DNA of 43,463 bases from an uncultured bacterium (GCA_965552135.1 CBEVQY010000026.1:1-43463); one strand, 5' to 3'; shown: positions 29,118 to 38,742, counted from the first letter of the stretch. Notes: a model not told the origin generated them from the sequence alone. Made by a program: numbers and translations.

Positions 29118-30470
29118 TTACTCCTTTTGGGTTCCCTCCTCCTTCGCCCCCTCGCCGAACTTTATACCGTATTTCTCCTCGAGCTGCCCCTCGAGCTTCT
29201 TGTCCCTTGTGACGAAGGCTGTTTCCTCCTCAGCCGCGTCGAGGACCCTTCTTGCGGCAAGGAGTATCTGTTCGGCGTCGTTGCCTATTTCGGGAATTGA
29301 GCGCAGAAGCTCAGCCTTCATGCGCGCAAGCTTTTGGACGGTGTCGATCTCGTACCTCTTCAGCGCCTCGCGCTGCTTCTCGGTGATCTCGTCGAAGGAG
29401 TCGATCGGGATTATCGAGTTTTTGTACTGCTCTTCGCCGTAGATGGTCAGTCTCCATCCTACGAGCCTTGCGGCAAGCCTTGCGTTTATGCCGCCTTTGC
29501 CTATTGCGAGCGAGAGCTGGTCGTCGGGGACTATGGCGACGATCTTGTGTTCGTCGGGGTGAATGTATGTGTCGACGACCTCAGCCGGCGCAAGCGCCTT
29601 GCGGATGAACTCCTCGGGATCGGGGGAGTAGGGGATTATGTCTATCTTTTCGTTCGAAAGTTCCTTCACCACCGCCTGGACGCGTGTGCCCTTAAGTCCA
29701 ACGCATGCGCCCACGGGGTCTATTCGTTCCTCGTCGGTGGAGTAGACGGCGATTTTCGTTCTTTCGCCCGGCTCGCGGGCGACGGAGACGATCTGAACCC
29801 TCCCCTCATAGACCTCCGGTACCTCGAACTCGAAGAGTTTCTTCACGAACTCGGGGGCTTTGCGGGAGAGGATGATCTGGGGTCCTTTTCCTTCCCTGCG
29901 GACTTCCTTCACGTATGCGCGGACGGTTTTGCCGATGGGCAGGCGCTCGCCTGGGATCTGCTCCGAGCGGGGGATCATGCCCTCGGTGCGCCCCAGGTTG
30001 ACTATGACGTTCCCGCGCTCCATTCGCTGAACAACGCCCGAGATTATCTCCCCGACCTTGTGTCTGTAGTCGGCGTAGATGACCTCGCGCTCCGTTTCCT
30101 TGATCTTCTGGATCAGGCTTTGCTTTGCCGCCTCAACGGCGCTTCTGCCGAACTCCGAGGGATCTATCACCACCTCGACGACGTCGCCTGCACGGACTTC
30201 CGGGAAAAGCCTTTTCGCCTCCTTCTTCGATATCTCCGTCGCCGGGTCGAGGACCCTCATCACGACCTTCTTTTTGGCTATGATCCTTATCGTTCCGAGC
30301 TCGGGGTCTATCTGAACCTCGACGTTTTCGGCGGTGCCGTACTTCTTCTTCACCGCTGCCAGAAGAGCCTGCTTCACCGTCTCAAGCACAAGCTCCCGGT
30401 CGATGCTTCTGTCCTTTACGATGTCCTCCAGCGCCTCTACTATCTGATAGTTTGCTATTTCCCTTTCCAT
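29118..30470 (-). CDS. nusA: Transcription termination/antitermination factor NusA
   Basis: FGR.A...AKQ, S1 domain, ARE.GERTKIAV, DPVGACVG.KGTRV, LSLAIGKGG.NARLA. Confidence 0.96.
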   Translation of the reverse strand: MEREIANYQIVEALEDIVKDRSIDRELVLETVKQALLAAVKKKYGTAENVEVQIDPELGTIRIIAKKKVVMRVLDPATEISKKEAKRLFPEVRAGDVVEVVIDPSEFGRSAVEAAKQSLIQKIKETEREVIYADYRHKVGEIISGVVQRMERGNVIVNLGRTEGMIPRSEQIPGERLPIGKTVRAYVKEVRREGKGPQIILSRKAPEFVKKLFEFEVPEVYEGRVQIVSVAREPGERTKIAVYSTDEERIDPVGACVGLKGTRVQAVVKELSNEKIDIIPYSPDPEEFIRKALAPAEVVDTYIHPDEHKIVAIVPDDQLSLAIGKGGINARLAARLVGWRLTIYGEEQYKNSIIPIDSFDEITEKQREALKRYEIDTVQKLARMKAELLRSIPEIGNDAEQILLAARRVLDAAEEETAFVTRDKKLEGQLEEKYGIKFGEGAKEEGTQKE

Positions 30471-30488
30471 TCGGCTTCCTCCGAGCCT

Positions 30489-30929
30489 TCAGTAGACTAT
30501 TTTTGCGACGCTTATCTGGTCGAGCGGGATGACGATGCTGCCCTCGTTGGTTGTTATCGTTATGCCGTTTGTGTCTGCGGCTTCGAGCAGCCCCTCCACC
30601 GTTGCGCCGTCGGTCTTCGTCACCCTGATCCTCTCCGATATCGCGCGCAGGAAGTCCCGAAGCGTTTTGAGCGGTCTGTCGAGCCCGGGGGAGGATACCT
30701 CGAGGAAGTAGCGGTGCGGGATTATGTCGACCCTGTCGAGTTCCGCCGAGATCTTCCTCGAGAGCCTCGCAAGCTCATCGATGCCTATGCCGCCCCTCTT
30801 GTGCACGAAGACCCTCAGCACCGACGACGAACCAACCCCCGTGGCTACGATCTCCACAAGCTCGTAGCCCTCACCCTCGACTATCGGCGCGATAAGTTCC
30901 TCAAGCTGTGGCAAAAGCTCTTGCATCAT
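30489..30929 (-). CDS. rimP: Ribosome maturation factor RimP
   Basis: GYELVE, LRVFV, YFLEVSSPGLDRPL. Upstream of nusA. Confidence 0.93.
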   Translation of the reverse strand: MMQELLPQLEELIAPIVEGEGYELVEIVATGVGSSSVLRVFVHKRGGIGIDELARLSRKISAELDRVDIIPHRYFLEVSSPGLDRPLKTLRDFLRAISERIRVTKTDGATVEGLLEAADTNGITITTNEGSIVIPLDQISVAKIVY

Positions 30930-30936
30930 AGATGTT

Positions 30937-30964
30937 AATTTACAGTCCATTTATGGCTTGGCAA
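30937..30964 (-). promoter_or_regulatory. Promoter of rimP-nusA-infB (leaderless or near-leaderless)
   Basis: TTGCCA, 16 nt, TAAATT, then 7 nt to ATG 30929. No SD. Confidence 0.55.
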
Positions 30965-31007
30965 GCGAAAATTAGAGCCTTTTGGTTGGATGGGGCGTTG
31001 GCTTGGG

Positions 31008-31802
31008 CTAAATTCCCCAGATCTTTCTTATGACCGTCTCCGCCTCGGCGAGGGGGATCTGCACGTCGCGGTCCGATATCGCTTCGTGCGGCGAGGGGTG
31101 GACCTCCATGTATATTCCGTCGGCTCCGAGCGCCATTGCGACCCGTCCGAAGGGGACGACGAACTCCCTCGTGCCGCCGCTTTCGCCACCGCTTGCGCCC
31201 GGACGCTGACACAGGTGGGTCACGTCGACTAAGACGGGATAGCCAAAGCCCTTGAGTATCACCACGCTCCTCGGGTCGAAGACGAGGTCGTTGTAGCCGA
31301 AGCACGTTCCGCGCTCGGTGAGGATTATGCTCTTGTTTCCCATCGCTTCCGCCTTTTGCGCTATGGGCTTCATGTTCTGCGGCGCGACGAACTGCCCCTT
31401 TTTTATGTTTACGGGCTTTTTCGTTTTCGCTGCGGCGAGCAGGAGGTCCGTTTGTCGGCACAGAAACGCTGGTATCTGCAGCACGTCGACCACCGACGCC
31501 ACAGCCTCGACCTGGTATGTTTCGTGTACGTCGGTCAGCACGGGCACGCCCACCTTCTCGCGCACCTCGCGCAGGACCTCAAGCCCCCGTGGAAAGCCAA
31601 GCCCGCGACCCGAACTCAACGAAAGCCTGTTCGCCTTGTCGTAGGAGCCCTTGAAGATGTAGGGGATTCCGAGCTTTGCCGTGATGTCTGCGAGCGTTTC
31701 GGCGACGGCGAGAGCCATCTCCCTTCCCTCAATTGCGCACGGTCCCGCCACGAGGACTGGGGCGCCGCCGCCAACCTTTATGCCGGAGATTTCCACGGTC
31801 AC
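31008..31802 (-). CDS. kdsA: KDO 8-phosphate synthase (metal-dependent class)
   Basis: AGPCAIE, KGSYDKANRLS, QIPAFLCRQTDL, NIKKGQF, ERGTCFGY. Cys/His/Glu/Asp metal ligands present. Confidence 0.95.
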   Translation of the reverse strand: MTVEISGIKVGGGAPVLVAGPCAIEGREMALAVAETLADITAKLGIPYIFKGSYDKANRLSLSSGRGLGFPRGLEVLREVREKVGVPVLTDVHETYQVEAVASVVDVLQIPAFLCRQTDLLLAAAKTKKPVNIKKGQFVAPQNMKPIAQKAEAMGNKSIILTERGTCFGYNDLVFDPRSVVILKGFGYPVLVDVTHLCQRPGASGGESGGTREFVVPFGRVAMALGADGIYMEVHPSPHEAISDRDVQIPLAEAETVIRKIWGI

Positions 31803-33466
31803 TTTGCGCCTCCTTGTGGGGCAAGCTTTTCGAGCTTGTGCCGCAGCGCCTTGTTGTCGGGGTCAAGCTCCAGCGACCTGCGCCAGTGCGCCAGCGCCTT
31901 CTCAAGCTCGCCAAGCCTGTAGTATGCGTCCCCCACGTGGAGCTGTATCTCGGGGTCGTCGGGGTAGAGCTCCGCTGCGCGGAGGAGGTATTTGAGGGCT
32001 TTTCTCGTTTTGCCCTCGCGGAAGAGCGCCCAGCCGTAGCTGTCGATGTAGGCTGGGTTGTCCGGCTCAGCCCTCAGCGCCTTCTCGATTAGCCTTTTGC
32101 CGTAGGCTATCCTCACGCTGTCGTCGACGAGGATGTAGCCGAGGTAGTTTAGTATCATCGGGTTTGAGCTGTCGGCGGCGACGATTTTCTCCAAAAGGGC
32201 TATCGATTCTGATCTGTACCCCGCCCGCTCCCTTGTGTCGGCGAGGGAGAAGAGGGTTTGTTCGTCTTCGGGGTTGAGGTGGAGCGCCTGCGCGAACCAG
32301 TGCGTTGCCTGGTCCCAAAGCTTTGCGCGCCTGAGGGCGACCCCTCCCCAGAACCAGAGTCCAGCGCTGTCGGGGAACTCCTGAGATGCCTGGGTTAGGG
32401 TCGCAAGCAGGCTTTCTGTCGCGGCTTGCCTTGCCCAAAGGAGCGCAAGCTCCGTCCACAGATCCGGCGATGGCTCCACCGAGAGCCCGAGCCTGAACAT
32501 CGCGGCGGCGGAGTCGGGACAGTCGAGCTCGTCGTAGCACTTGCCGGCGAAATAAAGCGCCGCAACGTCGCTGCTTTCCGAAAGCGCAAAGGTCGTGATG
32601 AAGGCTCCGACCGCTGTGCCGTAGTCCTCCTGGATGTACGCCGTGCTCGCGTATGTCCGCCAGACCTCGACCGCCTCATCCGGAAACAGGGTCGTGTAGT
32701 GGGCTATGGCGCGCTCTATTTCGTCCGTGCCTCCGACGACGAAAAGCCTTTCTAAATACTGGCTGTACACGTCCCGGTCGTTGGGGAAGATGGCGAGGTA
32801 GCTTTGCAGGATCTTGAGTGCCTCTTTGAGCCTCCCTTGCTTGATGAGGCTGTTGGCAAGCGGGATGTATGCATCTGGTGCATCGGGTTTGAGTGCGAGC
32901 GCCCGCCGCAGGACCTCCTCAGCGGCGACATACTCCCCTGCGCCCAGAAGGATCCGTCCCAAAGCCGCAAGCTTTTCGTACGAAGCTGGCGCCCTCTTTC
33001 TGCAGACCTTGGCTATCCTAAGCGCTTTTTTGTGCTCGTTTTTACGGGTGAAGCAACTTGCGACGATCTCGAAGTCGCCGGGGCGCGGTTTGGAGAGCTT
33101 TTTGAGCGTGTTTTCCGCGAAGCTGCAATCTCCCGCAAGCGCCGCTGCAGTCAGCGCGATGCGCTTGGCTTCGTCGTCCTTCGGCGCGAGAGCCGCAGCC
33201 TCCATAGCCTTCTCCAGCGCTTGCTCGTAGCTGCCGATGTCGAGGTACATCTCCGCGATCGCCTTTTTTATCTCGGGCTCTTTGGGGTCGTAAGTTTCGG
33301 CGAGGATGAAGCTTAAAAGCGCGGAGCGGGGGTCGTTGTCGAGGTAGTAGCGCAGCAACCCGCTTGAGAAATGGTCCACGGCGTTGGGATCAACGGCGCC
33401 GGCGTGGAGCAGAGAAGCAAAGCATATTGCCGCAAGCGCCAATGCCGTGTCGTGGGGTTTCATCAC
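31799..33466 (-). CDS. Exported TPR-repeat protein
   Basis: Signal peptide and many TPRs. C-terminal LNYLGY...PAYIDSYGW...HVGD. Start GTG 33466 or ATG 33463. Confidence 0.85.
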   Translation of the reverse strand: MMKPHDTALALAAICFASLLHAGAVDPNAVDHFSSGLLRYYLDNDPRSALLSFILAETYDPKEPEIKKAIAEMYLDIGSYEQALEKAMEAAALAPKDDEAKRIALTAAALAGDCSFAENTLKKLSKPRPGDFEIVASCFTRKNEHKKALRIAKVCRKRAPASYEKLAALGRILLGAGEYVAAEEVLRRALALKPDAPDAYIPLANSLIKQGRLKEALKILQSYLAIFPNDRDVYSQYLERLFVVGGTDEIERAIAHYTTLFPDEAVEVWRTYASTAYIQEDYGTAVGAFITTFALSESSDVAALYFAGKCYDELDCPDSAAAMFRLGLSVEPSPDLWTELALLWARQAATESLLATLTQASQEFPDSAGLWFWGGVALRRAKLWDQATHWFAQALHLNPEDEQTLFSLADTRERAGYRSESIALLEKIVAADSSNPMILNYLGYILVDDSVRIAYGKRLIEKALRAEPDNPAYIDSYGWALFREGKTRKALKYLLRAAELYPDDPEIQLHVGDAYYRLGELEKALAHWRRSLELDPDNKALRHKLEKLAPQGGAK

Positions 33467-33473
33467 AAGCACC

Positions 33474-33502
33474 AAAATACAGCGCCGCGACGGCTTCGTC
33501 AA
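33474..33502 (-). promoter_or_regulatory. Promoter of the TPR-kdsA operon (leaderless)
   Basis: TTGACG, 17 nt, TATTTT, then 7 nt to GTG. No SD. Confidence 0.6.
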
Positions 33503-33537
33503 CACATTGGGGTTGTGGCAGCACCGGTATTTTTCCC

Positions 33538-33565
33538 TTGACTGATTATAGTGGGTTGTTATATT
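33538..33565 (+). promoter_or_regulatory. Sigma70-type promoter with extended -10
   Basis: TTGACT, 16 nt, TATATT, preceded by TGn. Confidence 0.55.
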
Positions 33566-33585
33566 GCCAAGCGTACGAATTCGTT

Positions 33586-34215
33586 ATGCGAATGGAGCAA
33601 GGAAAAGCCGTGTCGCTGGTCTGCCTCACGCTCGCCTCGGTCGTGGCGTCCCTGCCCAGGGTGATGAACTACCAGGGCAAGTTGACAGCTACTGGGGGCG
33701 TTGTGGTAAACGACGCCGTTACGATGGTCTTCAGGATCTTCAGTGCGGAAAGCGGCGGCTTGCCGCTGTGGACCGAGGGTCGCCCAGCCGTCCCCGTGGT
33801 CGGCGGGCTTTTCGACGTCAGGTTGGGGACGATCGTGCCGCTTGACCTGCCGTTCGACACCTCTTATTGGCTCGAGGTTGAGGGGGAGGAGCTTGCGCCG
33901 CGGATCCCGCTGCAGACCGTGCCGTACGCCTTCAGGGCAATTTACTCCGATACCGCCGCGTATGCGCCCGCCGGCTGGGATACGCTGGAGTCCAGTTCAC
34001 CGGAACCGTGGACGGTCGTAAACGTCGCCATAAGCGGTGGAAGTCCAGGCTTGATGCACAAGCCTTATGCCGGGCTGTGGTGCTCGCAGCCACGCAGGAC
34101 GCTGCGCTCACCGACAGCCACACATACGAGGTGCAGGTTTGGGAATCGGAGGGATGACGAACGTCCGAATAAAGGTCGTGCCGGGGTGATTGCCGGCAGA
34201 GCAGGGCGGCGTTAA
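33586..34215 (+). CDS. NYQG-domain surface/fibre protein, short and probably decayed
   Basis: Signal-like start, then PRVMNYQGKLT...FRIF...GG..LWTE...GLFDVRLG...YWLEV...PR..L.TVPYAFRA. The tail after ~33985 looks non-native. Confidence 0.65.
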   Translation: MRMEQGKAVSLVCLTLASVVASLPRVMNYQGKLTATGGVVVNDAVTMVFRIFSAESGGLPLWTEGRPAVPVVGGLFDVRLGTIVPLDLPFDTSYWLEVEGEELAPRIPLQTVPYAFRAIYSDTAAYAPAGWDTLESSSPEPWTVVNVAISGGSPGLMHKPYAGLWCSQPRRTLRSPTATHTRCRFGNRRDDERPNKGRAGVIAGRAGRR

Positions 34216-34257
34216 CCTTTGCCCCGCTCCAGCGAGAACAGGGAAGAGGCTGAAGCG

Positions 34258-35121
34258 ATGACAGACGAAACGGACAAGAAAAAGCCTTTGGAAAGCACCC
34301 TCTCGGAGGCTAAAGAGCGCGAGGACTTTTTCAGACAGATAGTCCAGCACATCCAAGAGGCGATCGTAATAGTTGACCGAAGCGGCGTTGTGAGGAGCCT
34401 GAACCCAGCCGCCGAAAGGCTCTTCAACTGCCCTGCGTCCGACCTGGTTGGCAAAACCTTGCCGTTTCCCGTTCACTCCGGGAAACCCTCGTACCGCCCC
34501 ATCCCGTTTAGGCAGTTTAACTTCAGGCGCCCCGCCGACGGCAGCGAGGTCGTGGTGGAGATGAGGGTGACGGAGGTCAGGCTTAGGGGCGAGACGTACT
34601 TTATGGCGAACCTCCGCGACATAACCGAGCTTGCCAAGTTGCGCAAGAAGGCTGAGGCGCCTCCGGTGATAGATGAGATCACAGGTCTCTACAACAGGCA
34701 CGGGCTTTCCACGCTCCTTAGGTATCAGGTTGAGATGTCGAAGCGGACGAAGCGCGGGATGTGGCTTCTTGTGGTCAACCTCGACAATCTTGCGAGGATA
34801 TCGGACGTCCTTGGCTTTGAGGCGGGTCGGAGGGCGCTTTTGGAGGTAGCCGAGGTTTTGCGCGGGACGTTCCGCGCCTCAGACGTCATCGCGCGCACAG
34901 GCGACGGAGAGTTCTCCGTCGTCGCCATAGGTGCCCGCAAGGAAAGCGGCCCCGCGTTGCGGGAGAGGCTTGAGGAAAAGCTTAAGGAGTACAACGCGAA
35001 GCCTGATCGCTCTTTTAAGCTTTCCGTTAGCATCGGGATGGCGTATCTTGATCCTGAGAACCCTGTCGCCATCGAGCGTCTCTTCGACCAGGCGCGGACG
35101 AATATGTTGACGGGTGCGTGA
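34258..35121 (+). CDS. PAS + degenerate GGDEF domain protein
   Basis: PAS motif IVIVD..G.V..LNPAAERLF. DEITGLYNR. Active site reads GDGEF. I-site RASD. LSVSIG. Confidence 0.88.
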   Translation: MTDETDKKKPLESTLSEAKEREDFFRQIVQHIQEAIVIVDRSGVVRSLNPAAERLFNCPASDLVGKTLPFPVHSGKPSYRPIPFRQFNFRRPADGSEVVVEMRVTEVRLRGETYFMANLRDITELAKLRKKAEAPPVIDEITGLYNRHGLSTLLRYQVEMSKRTKRGMWLLVVNLDNLARISDVLGFEAGRRALLEVAEVLRGTFRASDVIARTGDGEFSVVAIGARKESGPALRERLEEKLKEYNAKPDRSFKLSVSIGMAYLDPENPVAIERLFDQARTNMLTGA

Positions 35122-36134
35122 GCGTGGAGGGCAGAGGAGGGGACATAAGGACTCAGGAGGAGCTTTGGCAAGCGCTCCGCTATCTTGCCGAAAAGCTTTT
35201 GAGGGACGGCAAGCTCGAGGAGGCGGTGCACACCGCAGAGGAAGCGCTGAAAGTCGCCGAAGCTACGTTCGACGGGAAGTCCGCAAACGTCGTCATCTCA
35301 TATTGGACTTTGGCGAAGGCGTACAAGGCTTACGGGAAATACGACGCGGCGGAGGTTTTCTTCGACCGCGCTCTGGAGCTTGGCAGACAGGTCTTCGGCA
35401 GCGATTCCCTGGAGGTAGCCCAGATACTTAGCGATTTTGCTGATCTCTACGTCAGGCAGCGCCGCCACAGCGAGGCGAAGCTGCTTTTCAAGCAAGCTGC
35501 CGGCATAGCCGAGCGATGCGGCGAGATAGGGATTCCCGAGAAGGCTGCGGCGCTTTTGGGGCTTGCCAAGGTTTACTCTGCTCAGAACAAGCTCAATTTT
35601 GCGGCGCCGCTTTTCGAGCAGGCGGCAGCGCTAACGCTCCAGGTCTTCGGGCGAAATCACCCGCGGTCTCTCGCGGCGCTGCAGGAACTCGCCAACTTCT
35701 ACCGCGACCACCATATGTTCGAAAAGGCAGAGCTTCTGTACAGGCGCTTGCTCGACGTGGCGGAGGAGAAGTTCGGGCAAGAGCACCCCAAAATCGTGCC
35801 GTTCCTGCGGAATCTGGCTCTGTTGTACGCGTCGTGGGGAAAGTTTTCCGACGCGGAGGATGCCTTCATACGTGCGCTCAACATAGTCGAAATGAATTAC
35901 GCCCCTGATCACCCATCCATTGCGGATATATTGGCGGCGCTTGGCGTGCTTTACAAGACTTGTGGTCGGTTTGTTGAGGCTGAACCCTTGCTCAGCAGGG
36001 CTGTGAGCATTCTCAAAACGAGGCTTCCGACGGGTGATCCGAAGCTTGCGGAGCTTGTCAGCCAGCTCGCTGCGGTGCAGAAGGAGCTTTCGCAGGACCC
36101 GCCCGCCGAAAGAAGCCAAAAGCAGGCGCCCTAA
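35118..36134 (+). CDS. TPR protein (kinesin-light-chain-like ~42-aa repeats)
   Basis: Repeated AE.L..RAL.....FG..HP units. GTGA overlap with the GGDEF gene. Confidence 0.88.
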   Translation: MSVEGRGGDIRTQEELWQALRYLAEKLLRDGKLEEAVHTAEEALKVAEATFDGKSANVVISYWTLAKAYKAYGKYDAAEVFFDRALELGRQVFGSDSLEVAQILSDFADLYVRQRRHSEAKLLFKQAAGIAERCGEIGIPEKAAALLGLAKVYSAQNKLNFAAPLFEQAAALTLQVFGRNHPRSLAALQELANFYRDHHMFEKAELLYRRLLDVAEEKFGQEHPKIVPFLRNLALLYASWGKFSDAEDAFIRALNIVEMNYAPDHPSIADILAALGVLYKTCGRFVEAEPLLSRAVSILKTRLPTGDPKLAELVSQLAAVQKELSQDPPAERSQKQAP

Positions 36135-36141
36135 GCCCACA

Positions 36142-36185
36142 GCTGTGGGAAGGAAAATTTTCCCCACAGCCTTTCTGTTCTTTTT
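36142..36185 (+). terminator. Possible intrinsic terminator
   Basis: GCTGTGGG (36142-36149) / CCCACAGC (36163-36170), followed by a T-rich tract. Confidence 0.45.
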
Positions 36186-36504
36186 GCGTTTTTCCGCAAA
36201 ACGTCCTTAGGTTCAGCACAAACGACGACGGCGTCGAATATCCTGCAGGTCTTGCGGTGAAGGTGAACTCCCCGGGGCAGCTGGCCCCCTGCGGCGACAA
36301 CGACCCAACGTCATCGGCCTCATAACAGCCAAGAAGGTCTCGGGCGGGACGCGCTGCTACTTAGCAAGCTCGTCGGATCTGGCATATGCACCGCTTCCTT
36401 AGGGTGTTTTTGCCGGCGACAAGCTCACCACCTCGGCTGGTGGCGGTTTGAGGCGCGCTGCAGTAACACGTTGACATACGCGCGGAGGGAGTGCACTTTT
36501 TGTT

Positions 36505-38742
36505 GTGATGGCTTTCGCGGGGGGCGTGAGAGGAGGTGTCTTTCGCCTTGTTGGGGGCGTTTTTTTGCTTTTGGGTGTGTTTGTGGGGTGTTTTCGTTCC
36601 AAGCCCGTTTTCGACGTCGCGCCGCAGCCCAAGCAGGATATCCGATGCCCCGCGGTTGAACTTCGCGAAAGCAGCGTGACCGACCTCGTCTTCCGCCGAA
36701 GGTGGGAGGATGCTCTGGGCGCCCTTGAGCGCAGTCCCCTCGACGACCCGCACGACAACGCCTTCGTAAAGGGTTTCCTGCACCTGCGGCTCGGTAACTA
36801 CGCCGCGGCGGAATCCCTCCTAAGCTCGCTTATCGGAACCGGGTACGAGCTTGTCGACTGGGCGGAGGTTTTCTGCGCCCAGGCTGCGTTTAACTTGGGC
36901 GACTACGACAGGGCGTTTGCGCTGGCGCGCCGTGCTGGAAAGCTTCCGGGGCTTGAGGACGACATCGCCGAGGTGCGCTTTAGGGCGCTCTGGCGAGCTG
37001 GGAAAAAACAAGAGGCGATCGCTCAGCTGGATACGCTCTACCGACAGGGATTTTTGGGGAGGCGATGGTACAGGCTTTGGAAAGCTTCCTGCCTGAGGGA
37101 CGCGGGTAAGCCCGCGGAGGCAAAGCGGCTTTTCGCCTTGATCCTCGACGAAACGCCGGCAAGACCCTCCTATCGGTCCTTCATCCGCAGGGTTGCCCGC
37201 GAGTATGCGAAAACGCCTGATCTCTCCCCCGACGACGAAATGCGAATAGCCTTAGCATTCTATAAAGCAAGAAGTTACGGCGATGCTGTAAAGTATTTTC
37301 GCAAAGTGCTGGCGTCAGAAAAGAGCAGCAGAGCCGAGTACTACCTTGCCTGTTCTTATGCCGGTCTTGGCTCCTACGAAAAGGCTTTGGGCATTTTCGA
37401 TGGGCTTTTGGCTTCGGGGCGATATGATCGCGGCAGCCTTTGGTGGAGGGTTGGTCGCTGCATGCGCAAGCAGGGTCGTTTTGGTGAGGCTCACGAGGCT
37501 CTCGATTCGGCTCTTGCGGCGTGCGGCGGGCGCTGCGGGAACAGAATCAACATCATCAAGGAGCGGATTTTCCTTGCGTTCGATGAGGCTGATTGGCGCG
37601 CCCTTGGATGCGAGGGGAGGCGTCTTGTGCGCGTCGCCCGCGGTACCAACGACGGCGCGATAGGGCTTGTGTGGAGCATGATAGGCTACATCCTCTCGGG
37701 CGTCCCGGACAGCGCCGTTGCGGTCGCCAGGGAAGCCCGCAGATGGTTCGGAAGCAAAGACTTCCTCGACGAGGTTCGCTACTGGGAGGCGCGGGCTCTT
37801 CTGGCGTACGGCGACACCGCTCAAGCCGAAAGCATCTTGGCATACGTGGCCAATTCGAGGAGGGTCAACCTATTCGCTTGGCTTTCGAGGGCGTATTTCG
37901 GCGAGGAGCTCCCAAGCCCCGAGGAGTTCCGGTCGATAAGCTTCGACGGCGAGGACTCCGTTTTCTCATCTGCGGCGCGCTTTTTGTCTGAGTTCCTCGG
38001 GCGGCGGTGGATAGCTGCGCTTCCCAGCGAGCCGCTTGCACACCGCGCAGAAAAGCTCGCGGCGCTGGGGATGAAGGACCTCGCAAGGCATTGTTTCGAA
38101 TCCCTTGAGCGAGAGGGAGTTATAGGCTCAAACCTTGCCGAAAAGCTTACGCTTTGGCGCTATTTTCTTTCGCTGGGCTTAACGAAGCTCGCCTATCGCG
38201 AGGGCGCGGAGATCTGCAGAACGCTCGGCGAACCACCACCTGAGATGCTCAAGCTTGTGTTTATAATGCCGTTTCGCGCGGATGTCTTAGCGCACAGCGA
38301 AGCCTCCGGCATAAGTCCTTGCCTCGTCTACGCCGTTATGATGCGCGAAAGCCAGTTCGATCCCTACGCGGGCTCCTATGCGGGCGCGCTGGGACTTATG
38401 CAGTTTATTCCATCCACGGCGTCGGCTGTCGCAAAGGAGATGGGACTTGCGGGTTTCAAAAAGGACCTCCTTTACGACTACCGCACCAACATCGCCCTTG
38501 GGGCGGCGTTTTTGGGCGAGCTTTTGGGGCGTAGGGGGTCGCCGTACTACGCCTTGGCGGAGTACAACGCCGGACCGAGGAATCTTTCGCGCTGGGTTGA
38601 GCTTTGCCCCGTCGAGGATCAAGTCCTGTGCGCGGAGCTTTTTGACATAAGGCAGACCAGACTTTACGTTAAGGCGGTCATGGGCTATTTTTACACGTAC
38701 CATTGGCTTTACGCGAAAGGGGGAAGATGGAGGCGCTGGTGA
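36505..38742 (+). CDS. Slt-type lytic transglycosylase lipoprotein with TPR region
   Basis: Lipobox FVGC. TPR helices. SLT motifs MRESQF, GALGLMQF.PSTA and AEYNAGP. Confidence 0.9.
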   Translation: MMAFAGGVRGGVFRLVGGVFLLLGVFVGCFRSKPVFDVAPQPKQDIRCPAVELRESSVTDLVFRRRWEDALGALERSPLDDPHDNAFVKGFLHLRLGNYAAAESLLSSLIGTGYELVDWAEVFCAQAAFNLGDYDRAFALARRAGKLPGLEDDIAEVRFRALWRAGKKQEAIAQLDTLYRQGFLGRRWYRLWKASCLRDAGKPAEAKRLFALILDETPARPSYRSFIRRVAREYAKTPDLSPDDEMRIALAFYKARSYGDAVKYFRKVLASEKSSRAEYYLACSYAGLGSYEKALGIFDGLLASGRYDRGSLWWRVGRCMRKQGRFGEAHEALDSALAACGGRCGNRINIIKERIFLAFDEADWRALGCEGRRLVRVARGTNDGAIGLVWSMIGYILSGVPDSAVAVAREARRWFGSKDFLDEVRYWEARALLAYGDTAQAESILAYVANSRRVNLFAWLSRAYFGEELPSPEEFRSISFDGEDSVFSSAARFLSEFLGRRWIAALPSEPLAHRAEKLAALGMKDLARHCFESLEREGVIGSNLAEKLTLWRYFLSLGLTKLAYREGAEICRTLGEPPPEMLKLVFIMPFRADVLAHSEASGISPCLVYAVMMRESQFDPYAGSYAGALGLMQFIPSTASAVAKEMGLAGFKKDLLYDYRTNIALGAAFLGELLGRRGSPYYALAEYNAGPRNLSRWVELCPVEDQVLCAELFDIRQTRLYVKAVMGYFYTYHWLYAKGGRWRRW

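Noticed and set aside
29334..30938. 534-aa plus-strand ORF
   Set aside because: Antisense shadow of nusA and rimP.
33364..33585. N-terminal extension of the NYQG ORF given in the track
   Set aside because: It overlaps the divergent TPR gene start and both promoters. ATG 33586 or 33592 fits better.
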